Origin: an uncultured Alphaproteobacteria bacterium
GTDB lineage: Bacteria > Electryoneota > RPQS01
DNA length: 52,703 nt
NCBI GenBank assembly: GCA_964631675.1
Contig: CAZVXJ010000001.1
Coordinates: 1-52,703 of the forward strand
Direction of reading: 5' to 3'
Positions within the stretch are counted from its first letter, which is position 1. Every line of letters starts with the position of its first letter. The translations under genes were made by a program, and so were the position numbers. Shown in pieces: positions 7,787-16,019 of the stretch. Under the pieces are notes generated by a model, which was given only the letters and a program-made list of their open reading frames with translations, was not told where the DNA came from and did no database searches.

Positions 7787-8104
7787 ATGGCTGGAAAGAC
7801 AACGCCGAAGGATGTTCAAAAAGCAATTTACAGAGCGATGCGCTCATTGCCGCTCGTGGGGGATTTGTTTGAGGAAGAACAGGACGAGCTGCTCAAACGC
7901 AGCAAGCGGCTTGAACTGGAAAAGGGCCAGTATAAGAACGCGCTGGCCGAAAGCATGCGCGCTTTGAATCAGACGATATCGAGTCTTGAAGAAATAGTAA
8001 GCGAACTGGACCGTGCCCGGCAGGAGATTCGCAGAATGCTTGCGCCGCCTGCTAACGAGACTCTGCGTGAAGATTCGCTGAACGCCGGCGCGGCCGGGAA
8101 TTGA
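7787..8104 (+). CDS. Small coiled-coil hypothetical protein
   Basis: 105-aa ORF with AAGGAG upstream and heptad-like E/K/L-rich sequence. Sits directly after the DUF4175-like gene. Confidence 0.6.
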   Translation: MAGKTTPKDVQKAIYRAMRSLPLVGDLFEEEQDELLKRSKRLELEKGQYKNALAESMRALNQTISSLEEIVSELDRARQEIRRMLAPPANETLREDSLNAGAAGN

Positions 8105-8179
8105 ACGAACCATCCGATTAAGCAGACGGTGTCGGTCCATTTGGGGCCGACCCGTCTTCGTTGTAGAACAGGAACAGCC

Positions 8180-8518
8180 ATGCGAATCTTGATCATTTTG
8201 ATTATTCTGCTTCCGCTCGCGACTTTTGCACAGAACGACTTTGATCCGGTGCGGATGGACGACGGGCAAGGCGTGAATTACTTTTATCCCTGGCTCGCGA
8301 CCCGTCCCGGTGGAAACCTGATTTGTACTTGGGCGCAGACGTCGGAAACCTGGATCTCCGGAGTCAGCCGTACCATGCATGCCTCGGGCATTCCAGTCGG
8401 AGATCAAACGTACTATCAAACCGTGATTCCCGGGCAGGGCGGGATTGTCTGCCCCCCGGAGGTTGCGGTTTTTCCTCATCCACAGGGAGGCGAGGCACAA
8501 TTCATCTTTCATGCTTGA
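8180..8518 (+). CDS. N-terminal fragment (signal peptide) of a T9SS cargo protein, ended by an in-frame TGA
   Basis: MRILIILIILLPLATFA-QN signal peptide. The ORF stops at TGA 8516-8518. The next ORF is in the same frame with no other stop between them. Confidence 0.7.
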   Translation: MRILIILIILLPLATFAQNDFDPVRMDDGQGVNYFYPWLATRPGGNLICTWAQTSETWISGVSRTMHASGIPVGDQTYYQTVIPGQGGIVCPPEVAVFPHPQGGEAQFIFHA

Positions 8519-8572
8519 GTAGCCACAGCCGATGTCTACTTTGTCACCCCGGAGGGGCAGACGGTAGATTCA

Positions 8573-9640
8573 GTGATGGGACACCGCGCAGTCAATCCGA
8601 CCTTCATCAGTCTCGAATCCCTGATGTTCATGACGTATACGCATGCGGACGATCGCAATGAACGACAGATCTGGATGAACCATGATGGAGACGTGACGCG
8701 AGATCAATGGGTTGATTTGGGAGATGTCATGCACGCCGCGGCGAACGGTGATTCAGTCGTGGTAGCGGATTATACATCGGAGTATGTGGGCGACCTGATG
8801 CAATTCCGGCTCAGCGTGCGCGAGTTTGCACCGGACGGCGCACTGGTTACCCAACAAGTTGTGATGGCCGACACGCTGCCGTTCGGGCAACTTGTGGCCG
8901 GATCGGGCTTTGATGACCGGGACGGCGTGATGACGGGCATGCTGATAGTCGTTAACGCGCTTGAGGATCCGGTCGAATATGAAATGCGAGCGTTTCGCTA
9001 TGACGCGGGAACCGATGCGGTCACATTGTATGAGCCAGCTCCGGTTTCAGTTTTCCCGGGCAGCTACGTGGACTGGTGGGCGATTGATGACGGACCACCC
9101 TGGGCGGAATCGCTGATTCTGGCCTATCATTTGGTCACGTCAGGCGGCAACGGACATTTTGTGTATCAATCTTACGATGAGAATTTGCAGCTGATTGGCG
9201 AGAGAACACAGGACCAGCCGCCCAATCAGTACGCAAACGGGCTGGAAATCACGCTGGAGTACAACACGGTGTATACAGCCTTCACGGCACTCTCTGATGA
9301 TTCACTTTTGCGCGGGTGCTGGCTCTCGGGATTTCCGCTGGAGGAGATACTGGGCGCGGAAACTCGTTCACCGCAGCCCGTCGAGTTTGCCTTGACAAGC
9401 TACCCCAACCCGTTTAACAGCACGGTGCGGATCCGGTTTACAGTTCCGGGCGAGCAAGTTGTGACGGCGCGAATTTTTGATGTGACCGGGAGAGAGGTGG
9501 AAAGACTGGCTGAGGACACATGGAGTCCAGGCAGTCAGGAATTGACTTGGAGCGCGCGGAATGCCGCAAGCGGAATCTATTTTGCCCGAATTGAAGCGGG
9601 GAATTTCTCCGGTACGGCGAAGATGGTCTTGATAAAGTGA
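8573..9640 (+). CDS. C-terminal part of the same T9SS cargo protein (T9SS type-A sorting domain, no signal peptide of its own)
   Basis: Ends in 'SYPNPFNSTVRIRFTV...GIYFARIEAGNFSGTAKMVLIK*', a Por/T9SS C-terminal domain (about 9386..9637). The frame is open back to 8519, immediately after the TGA. Confidence 0.8.
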   Translation: MMGHRAVNPTFISLESLMFMTYTHADDRNERQIWMNHDGDVTRDQWVDLGDVMHAAANGDSVVVADYTSEYVGDLMQFRLSVREFAPDGALVTQQVVMADTLPFGQLVAGSGFDDRDGVMTGMLIVVNALEDPVEYEMRAFRYDAGTDAVTLYEPAPVSVFPGSYVDWWAIDDGPPWAESLILAYHLVTSGGNGHFVYQSYDENLQLIGERTQDQPPNQYANGLEITLEYNTVYTAFTALSDDSLLRGCWLSGFPLEEILGAETRSPQPVEFALTSYPNPFNSTVRIRFTVPGEQVVTARIFDVTGREVERLAEDTWSPGSQELTWSARNAASGIYFARIEAGNFSGTAKMVLIK

Positions 9641-9697
9641 GTCTTCTTAGCACTTCCCTCATTGATTGCGGGAGGAGAAAATGTTAACCCCCTTGTG

Positions 9698-9726
9698 TTC
9701 CCCCCAAATCAGAGATTTGGGGGGAA
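9698..9726 (+). repeat. C-run/G-run hairpin with AGA loop and GAAGA tail (copy 2)
   Basis: TTCCCCCCAAATC-AGA-GATTTGGGGGGAA is a perfect 13-bp stem. A second C-run precedes it at 9688-9692. GTCTTCTT (9641-9648) is complementary to AAGAAGAC (9726-9733). Confidence 0.65.
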
Positions 9727-9822
9727 GAAGACCCCTCCGCACGCAGAGTGAGAAAATAAAAGTCAGGCGGGGGAGAACTAAAGCGTAAACGGAGCGAGAG
9801 CAGAGAGTAGATTACAAATCCA

Positions 9823-11724
9823 ATGAGCATTCAGTATAAGCACATCGTCGCGGCATTAATGGCGATTACCATCGCAGCATTTGCACAGCCGGTAAAAATC
9901 GAGGTTGGGCCGGCGCCTCCCGGGCCGAAACCGCGCGTGGGTGTTCAAAAAAGCAGTGCGCAACTGGAAGAGCAGATGATGGCCGACCGTGCGCGACGAG
10001 CGGAACTGTCCGGTGACTATGCGCGGGCGCTGCAGCTGTGGAAGGAAGTTCTGAATCGGAGCGCATGGCACCCTGAAGCGATCGAAGCGACGCCCCGCAT
10101 CCTGATCATCGAGAAACGATTTGCTGATGCAGACAGTTTTCTAGTATCACTAATCCGAAAGAGCCCCTTTCGCACCGATGGTCCCATTCGCCCGGGCGAT
10201 CCAACCAGCACATTTTCGTTGGCATTGGATCGGGGAACCGTTGCACACGCAAACGGCGAGTCGGTTCGCGCAAAAGAGATATGGGACGGCGCACTAAAGG
10301 AGCAGGGCCGTACGGTGGAAACGGTGACGGCTTATGTGCGAGAGATGCAAAAGAACCGGATGTGGGAGGAGAGCGAAAAGACCATACGTGATTTTCGCGT
10401 GGAGGGCAAGCAGCCGGGTTTTATGGCCATCGAGCTTGCCAGCAGTCTGAGAGCGCAAATGAATTTCGGCGCGGCGGCCGCGGAACTCTTGCTCTATGCT
10501 GATTCACAGCCCGGTGCGTGGCAGGCGGCACTTAGTCAGCTACAGCAGTTTCCCGACGACACGACGGTGCATGCAAAGGTGGCCAAAACGCTGAAAGAGG
10601 CGACGCAGAAGAACAAGAAGAATGCGGCCTATTGGAGAATTTACTCCGGCTACCTGCTCAAGTCGGGCGATTTGGCGGAGTCGCTCTCGGCAACGATCGT
10701 TGCTGACTCACTGACGGAGAATCACGGCATACTTGTATTGGGCGCGGCCCAGACGATGCTCGAAGAAGGCGACGTGAATCTTGCGCGCAAGGGATTTCAA
10801 AAAGTACTCGCGTGGAATCCGCAACCCGATGTGGCCGCACGGGCTGAACTTGGTCTGGGCCGCTGTCTGGAAGCACTGGAGCAGTGGGCCGAGGCGAAAT
10901 CTGCGTATGAGAGATTTGTGGAATCTCATCCGGGTTACAAGGAAGTCGACGAGGCAAGATTCAGAATTGCCGAAATTCTACTGCAGCACCAGAATCAACC
11001 GGCTGAAGCACTGGTCATGTTCAAAGGACTGGTTGGACGCGCGCAGGGGCCTCAGCGTGCCCTGATTGGTATGCGTGAGGGCGATTGCCATGCCTGGATG
11101 GGCGAGTATGGACCTGCGATTGCCGCCTGGGGCGACGTGGTGCGGCTGAATGGACTCAACCAGACGGAAGACGGGACACAGGCGCTGTACAGAATCGCGC
11201 GTGCGAATTTCTGGCGCGACAGCACGAGTCTCGTCTATCTGGCACTGGATTCGATTACCCGGGGCAACGTGAGCACGACAGCTTTTAACGATGCCATCAA
11301 ATTTACAGCATTGATGGAAGAAGGCGGAGTGTACCGCGCACAGCGGGCATTTGCTGAGGCCGACTATGCAAGCTTCCGGCGAGATGATTCACTGGCTGCC
11401 GCTCGATTTGACGAGACGGCAAGTTTGCTAAAGACAGGCAAGCTTGCCGAGCATTGCCGCTTCATGTCAGCATTGGCCCTGCGCGGCGCAGGAGCGTTCA
11501 CGGCGGCGGTGGCAATGCTGGATACTTTTGTTGCCAGCTATTCTGGATCGGCCGATCTGGACCGGGCGAAATATTACCGTGCGCTGATCAAGATGGAAGA
11601 CTTGAAGGATTTTGCGGGCGCCAAACAGGAGTTTGAGCAGTTTCTGGTGGATCACCCGCGTTCGATCTACCTGGAGCAAGCGAGACGTAAGGCACGGATA
11701 CTGGCGAGCAAAACGACTTCCTAA
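9823..11724 (+). CDS. Secreted TPR-repeat protein
   Basis: Signal peptide (IVAALMAITIAAFA-QP). Repeated 34-aa-type helical pairs with 'A..L..W..VL..NP', 'AEAKSAYERFVESHPG' and 'AKYYRALIKMEDLKDFAGAKQEFEQFLVDHPRS'. Confidence 0.85.
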   Translation: MSIQYKHIVAALMAITIAAFAQPVKIEVGPAPPGPKPRVGVQKSSAQLEEQMMADRARRAELSGDYARALQLWKEVLNRSAWHPEAIEATPRILIIEKRFADADSFLVSLIRKSPFRTDGPIRPGDPTSTFSLALDRGTVAHANGESVRAKEIWDGALKEQGRTVETVTAYVREMQKNRMWEESEKTIRDFRVEGKQPGFMAIELASSLRAQMNFGAAAAELLLYADSQPGAWQAALSQLQQFPDDTTVHAKVAKTLKEATQKNKKNAAYWRIYSGYLLKSGDLAESLSATIVADSLTENHGILVLGAAQTMLEEGDVNLARKGFQKVLAWNPQPDVAARAELGLGRCLEALEQWAEAKSAYERFVESHPGYKEVDEARFRIAEILLQHQNQPAEALVMFKGLVGRAQGPQRALIGMREGDCHAWMGEYGPAIAAWGDVVRLNGLNQTEDGTQALYRIARANFWRDSTSLVYLALDSITRGNVSTTAFNDAIKFTALMEEGGVYRAQRAFAEADYASFRRDDSLAAARFDETASLLKTGKLAEHCRFMSALALRGAGAFTAAVAMLDTFVASYSGSADLDRAKYYRALIKMEDLKDFAGAKQEFEQFLVDHPRSIYLEQARRKARILASKTTS

Positions 11725-11818
11725 GCAAAGATCAACGAAGTCGTAAGTGCCAGCCGCGAGCTCTTTGTGCTTAATGCGATTGGCAAACTGTTGTGCTAAT
11801 ACTAAGGTAAGAGAAGCC

Positions 11819-12064
11819 GTGGAAACACACCGCGTACAAATTATCATTGAGCAGGACGAAGACGGCAAGTATATTGCCGAGTGTCCTGCGCTGCAAGGGT
11901 GCTACTCGCAAGGGGACACGTTTGAAGAGGCATTGGAAAATGTGCGGGAGGTTGTGATGATGTGTCTACAGGAGTTAGCAGAAGACGGCGTAACGATTAA
12001 CACGAGGTTTCCTGAGGTAATCGCTGTGAAAACGCTTGATGTCCCGTTTTCGCGCGCTTCGTGA
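11819..12064 (+). CDS. hicB: HicB-family antitoxin (UPF0150 fold)
   Basis: 'RVQIIIEQDEDGKYIAECPALQGCYSQGDTFEEALENVREVV' is the classic HicB N-domain pattern. The start is uncertain: GTG 11819, or ATG 11774, or the track start 11747. Its stop overlaps the hicA start (GTGA). Confidence 0.75.
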   Translation: METHRVQIIIEQDEDGKYIAECPALQGCYSQGDTFEEALENVREVVMMCLQELAEDGVTINTRFPEVIAVKTLDVPFSRAS

Positions 12065-12294
12065 CTCCTCCGCAATTACCCCTACTTACTGCTCAAGAAG
12101 TGATGAATGCGCTCGAGCGCATCGGTTTTCGCGCTCGACCTTTAGGCGGGACGAGTCATCGCAGATTTGTCCACCCTGACGGGAGACGAACGACTGTGCC
12201 TGTACACAAAGGCACGCAAGTTGACAGAGGGCTACTGCGAAAAATACTGCGCGACATTGACGTTACGATTGAAGAATTCAAAAAGCACTTGTAG
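12061..12294 (+). CDS. hicA: HicA-family mRNA-interferase toxin
   Basis: 'TAQEVMNALERIGFRARPLGGTSHRRFVHPDGRRTTVPVHKGTQVDRGLLRKILRDIDVTIEEF' matches the YcfA/HicA pattern (G-SH--F-h-----t-vP-H). GTG start. Confidence 0.8.
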   Translation: MTPPQLPLLTAQEVMNALERIGFRARPLGGTSHRRFVHPDGRRTTVPVHKGTQVDRGLLRKILRDIDVTIEEFKKHL

Positions 12295-12948
12295 ATGTTC
12301 GTTCCAGTCTTCGTCTTCCTAACCCTCGTGTCTGTTTTCGCCACTCCCAAATACAACCCCTCTCTGTGTACCAAGTCGCCTGCGGAAATCGAGTTCCGCG
12401 CGGCACTTGATAAGGAAGAGGATTCGGCGAAGCGAATGCAGTTAGCCGAGGCTTATGTGACTCGGCATCTTGAAGACGTGCCGCTTGGCCGGCTCGCAGG
12501 GGATGTGATTCGCCGGGCGAATAAGGAAAACACATGGTCGAGAGTTTTTTTCAAGAAGCTCGCGGATGAACATCCCGAGTCTATTGCCGCGCAGTATTAC
12601 TACGCGCGGGCGGCAGATGATACGACAGTCTGGAGTGAAAAAGCGCGCTGGGTTCTGGCAAAGGATTCGACAAATTATTGGGGCTGGCTGATGTTCATGG
12701 CGGCCGAGTGGCACAGGGGTGCGCCTGATCTTGATCTGGTCTACCAGCGTGTTACACGCGCCATTCAATTGGATCCGTCGCGGCCCGAGGGCTACATGTT
12801 TCTCGGGCAATACTATGAAGAGAAGGCGCTGTGGATGGATGCGTTTGAGGCCTATCGGGCGGGGTTAGTCTGTGACCCGGAAAGCAAGATCCTGCAACGC
12901 GGTGTGGAGGAAATGGAAACCAAACTTGAGGCTGAACGCGGCAAGTGA
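12295..12948 (+). CDS. Secreted TPR-like hypothetical protein
   Basis: The ATG directly abuts the hicA stop. Hydrophobic N-terminus MFVPVFVFLTLVSVFA. A TPR-like helical C-terminal half ('AIQLDPSRPEGYMFLGQYYEEKALWMDAFEAYRAGLVCDPES'). Confidence 0.7.
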   Translation: MFVPVFVFLTLVSVFATPKYNPSLCTKSPAEIEFRAALDKEEDSAKRMQLAEAYVTRHLEDVPLGRLAGDVIRRANKENTWSRVFFKKLADEHPESIAAQYYYARAADDTTVWSEKARWVLAKDSTNYWGWLMFMAAEWHRGAPDLDLVYQRVTRAIQLDPSRPEGYMFLGQYYEEKALWMDAFEAYRAGLVCDPESKILQRGVEEMETKLEAERGK

Positions 12949-13388
12949 GTTTGACCTTAGTCCTGAAGAAACAGATTTCTGCGCCGCAAGAACGAATCTT
13001 TGAAGCGTTTACGCACGCCGAGTTGCTTTCGACCTGGTTCACGACCCAAGCGAAAGTTGATTTGCGCGTGGGCGGGCGCTATTCGAATGCGGACAAGGAC
13101 GAGGGCGTGTTTCTGGAGATTGTGCGACCCAGTCTTGTGCGCTTCACATGGGAGAATGCCGATCACTGTCCGGGAACGGAAGTGCGAATAGAAATTTCCC
13201 GCGAAGGGCTGGTCACGCTGACGCATTCGAAGCTTGCCAGTGAAGAGCATGTAGTAGGTATGCGGTCGGGCTGGAGCTGGGCGCTGGATAATGTGAAGCT
13301 GTTTCTCGAAGCGGGACGAACGGTAGGATATGAAGAATGGCTGAAAAAGCACCCAGTCCATACGACGACAAATTCTCCGGAAGCGTAA
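12945..13388 (+). CDS. SRPBCC/AHSA1-like (Activator of Hsp90 ATPase homolog 1-like) domain protein
   Basis: 'ISAPQERIFEAFTHAELLSTWF...GGRY...FLEIVRPSLVRFTW' is the typical AHSA1/SRPBCC signature. The GTG start overlaps the upstream stop (GTGA). Confidence 0.75.
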   Translation: MSLTLVLKKQISAPQERIFEAFTHAELLSTWFTTQAKVDLRVGGRYSNADKDEGVFLEIVRPSLVRFTWENADHCPGTEVRIEISREGLVTLTHSKLASEEHVVGMRSGWSWALDNVKLFLEAGRTVGYEEWLKKHPVHTTTNSPEA

Positions 13389-13502
13389 TCAATCTGGCGA
13401 AGGCATGATTGGCCGTAGACGATGTACAAAGAAGCACATTTGATGGAGTTCAAGGGATTCTTGAAAGAGTACGAGAATTAACCGCAGGACGCGGGAGAAC
13501 TC

Positions 13503-14405
13503 ATGCATCTGACAAGTCTACATCTGCTGCTGACGTACCGCTGCACGTACGAATGTGACCACTGCTTTGTCTATTCATCTCCCCGGGCGGAAGGCACAAT
13601 GTCCCTGGAAATGGCGAAAGATGCCATCAGCCAGGCTGCAGAACTTAGCGGCATTCACGAAATCTGGTTTGAAGGCGGAGAGCCCTTCCTGTATTATCCG
13701 GTATTGCTTGAACTTGTCCGATTTGCCGGCAAGCGAAGGATGAAGACGGGGGTCGTAACAAATGCCTTCTATGCGGTCAGTGAAGAAGACGCGCGCGTAT
13801 GGCTGGAACCTCTTCGGGACGCGGGATTGAAACGCCTATCGGTCAGTGACGACCGTTATCATAACGAGACTTTTCCCAGCTCGCCGACCGTTTCTCATCT
13901 CATATCCATCGCGAAGAAACTGGGCATAGTGACGGATACGATCTGTATAGCGCAGCCCGGACGGTCAGAGCCACCAAGTACCAAAGGAGAACCTATCAGC
14001 GGTGGGCCAGTTCGCTTTCGTGGACGCGCCGTGGAGAAGCTGGCGCCGAAGAGCGAACCATCGGAGTCATGGGAATCGCTGACTGAGTGCCCGGACGAAG
14101 ACTGGATTTCCGTCGGGCGGCTGCACCTGGATCCGTACGGTAACTTGTTTTCCTGCCAGGGAACGGTATTTGGAAATCTTTTGAATCATTCCCTCACGGA
14201 GATTGTTGCAAACTACTCGCCGGAGGATCATCCGATAGTCAGCGCGATCCATCACGGTGGTCCGGCAGAGCTTGTACGCCGATTCCATTTGCCATTGCGC
14301 GGCAAGTATCACGATGCGTGCCACTTGTGCTATGCGGCGAGGCGGCAATTGCGTGAACGATTTCCGGCAGAGCTTGGTCCGTCGCTTGTATACGGGCAGG
14401 AATGA
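13503..14405 (+). CDS. Radical SAM enzyme with a short SPASM/twitch-like Cys-containing C-terminus
   Basis: CX3CX2C cluster 'CTYECDHC' near the N-terminus and a 'GGEPFL' SAM-binding motif. The C-terminal part has 'C...YGNLFSC' (G-x4-C) and 'CHLC' (C-x2-C). GGGAGA lies upstream of the ATG. Confidence 0.85.
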   Translation: MHLTSLHLLLTYRCTYECDHCFVYSSPRAEGTMSLEMAKDAISQAAELSGIHEIWFEGGEPFLYYPVLLELVRFAGKRRMKTGVVTNAFYAVSEEDARVWLEPLRDAGLKRLSVSDDRYHNETFPSSPTVSHLISIAKKLGIVTDTICIAQPGRSEPPSTKGEPISGGPVRFRGRAVEKLAPKSEPSESWESLTECPDEDWISVGRLHLDPYGNLFSCQGTVFGNLLNHSLTEIVANYSPEDHPIVSAIHHGGPAELVRRFHLPLRGKYHDACHLCYAARRQLRERFPAELGPSLVYGQE

Positions 14406-15874
14406 TACCGAAAGGCATGAATCACTTCCTGACACCGGTAGTTCTTTGTGCGCTGATGATGGGAACGGCCACTTCACAGCCACGTATGATCGCGTACTTT
14501 CCTTCGTGGGCAGTGTATGCGAGGAACTATCATGTCACGGATATTCCGGCTGAACATGTGACGCATATCAATTATGCGTTTGCGAATATCGTGGATGGGC
14601 GAGTGGTACTAGGAGATTCCTATGCCGACATCGATCGCTTTTATCCCGGTGATTGCTGGAATGAGGGATGCCGGCGCGGCTCGTTTCATCAGCTCGAGAT
14701 CCTCCGGCAGGAGTATCCGCACGTGAGAACACTGATTTCGGTCGGCGGATGGACATGGTCGAATCATTTTTCGGATGTCGCTCTGACGGCGAATTCGCGG
14801 CAGCTTTTTGCGCAGTCGTGTGTGGATTTCATTTCGCAGTGGCGCTTTGACGGCGTGGATTTGGATTGGGAGTATCCGGTCTGCTGCGGAGAACCGGGAA
14901 ATGTGGAACGGCCGCAAGACAAGCAGAATTTCACGCTGCTGCTGTCGGCGATTAAAGTGAAATTGGACTCCATGGAGCAGGCGGATCAGCGCGAATATCT
15001 GCTGACGATTGCCACACATGCGGTTGATCTGGACACGCACTATGAGTTGCCGCAGATTGCGGACATTGTGGACTGGATCAATGTAATGACGTATGATTTT
15101 CACGGGCCCTGGAGTCCCGGCCAAGAGCTGACAAACTTCAACTCAGCGCTTCATGCGGCAAGTGATGATCCGACACCCGAGCCGGAACGCAGCGAATGGA
15201 CTTCGGCAGGTTCAATCAGTGCATACCTCGACCGCCGTGTTGCGCCCGAAAAACTTTGCCTGGGAATGGCGTTCTATGGACGCGGCTTTGCCGGTGCAAG
15301 CGGCGGCAACAATGGGCTTTTTCAGCCTTATACCGGCGTGAGCCAATCGGGCACATGGGAAAACGGATCCTATGACTATTGGGATCTCGCACAGAACTAT
15401 GTAAATCAAAACGGATACGCGAGATTTTTTCACGCTGACGCGCGCGTGCCATGGCTCTATCAAGCGGCGGCCCACGTTTTTATCAGCTATGATGACAGTC
15501 TTTCGATTGCGGAAAAAGGGTCATACATTCGCCAGATGAATCTGGGCGGCGCGATGTGCTGGGAACTCTCTGCCGACCGAAACGATGTATTGATTGCTTC
15601 TGCCGTGCGGGCGATGCGCTGCAACGGTGCAGAGGCCGCAGCCATTATTTTCCGCGATCAGCATTTGACGCTGCAGTTTTTTGCTCCGGTTGCCGGTCAA
15701 TATACCATTTGGTCCACGACGAACCGAAGCAACGACAGCGATCCCGACGGTGGAGCAGACACAGACTGGACAGCCGTCACAACGATTCAGGCGAATGCCG
15801 GAATGAATAACTATGTAGGTGACTCTCCGCTTGGGGTTTACAAAAACTACGTGGTGACGCGTGAATGTGAGTAA
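14402..15874 (+). CDS. Secreted GH18 chitinase with FN3-like C-terminal module
   Basis: Catalytic motif 'FDGVDLDWEYP' (DxxDxDxE) and 'SVGGWTWS'. Signal peptide present. The start overlaps the radical SAM stop (ATGA). Confidence 0.9.
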   Translation: MIPKGMNHFLTPVVLCALMMGTATSQPRMIAYFPSWAVYARNYHVTDIPAEHVTHINYAFANIVDGRVVLGDSYADIDRFYPGDCWNEGCRRGSFHQLEILRQEYPHVRTLISVGGWTWSNHFSDVALTANSRQLFAQSCVDFISQWRFDGVDLDWEYPVCCGEPGNVERPQDKQNFTLLLSAIKVKLDSMEQADQREYLLTIATHAVDLDTHYELPQIADIVDWINVMTYDFHGPWSPGQELTNFNSALHAASDDPTPEPERSEWTSAGSISAYLDRRVAPEKLCLGMAFYGRGFAGASGGNNGLFQPYTGVSQSGTWENGSYDYWDLAQNYVNQNGYARFFHADARVPWLYQAAAHVFISYDDSLSIAEKGSYIRQMNLGGAMCWELSADRNDVLIASAVRAMRCNGAEAAAIIFRDQHLTLQFFAPVAGQYTIWSTTNRSNDSDPDGGADTDWTAVTTIQANAGMNNYVGDSPLGVYKNYVVTRECE

Positions 15875-16019
15875 GCTGTAAATGGACTCACCGTGATGCC
15901 GTGCGGGTAATGCGCGCCACTAAGCGGTGGGTTGTTATTATCTCTGCGGGCTTGCCAACGTCGCACGCCGTACTTATCTTGTAGCGATGTACTTTTGAGA
16001 CAGTTCAAAGGAGGTCGTT

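Noticed and set aside
7844-8512. 222-aa minus-strand ORF. Similar antisense ORFs occur at 21500..22252, 27574..28281, 42723..43472, 47703..48221 and 14609..15124.
   Set aside because: All lie antisense to long ORFs with recognised motifs. They have Arg/His/Pro-rich compositions typical of GC-rich shadow frames.
13422-13481. 19-codon ORF (MYKEAHLMEFKGFLKEYEN) just upstream of the radical SAM gene, considered as a possible RiPP precursor
   Set aside because: It has no Shine-Dalgarno sequence, no Cys/Gly/Ser-rich core and no leader-like motif, and it cannot be evaluated without homologues. It remains only a note under the radical SAM finding.
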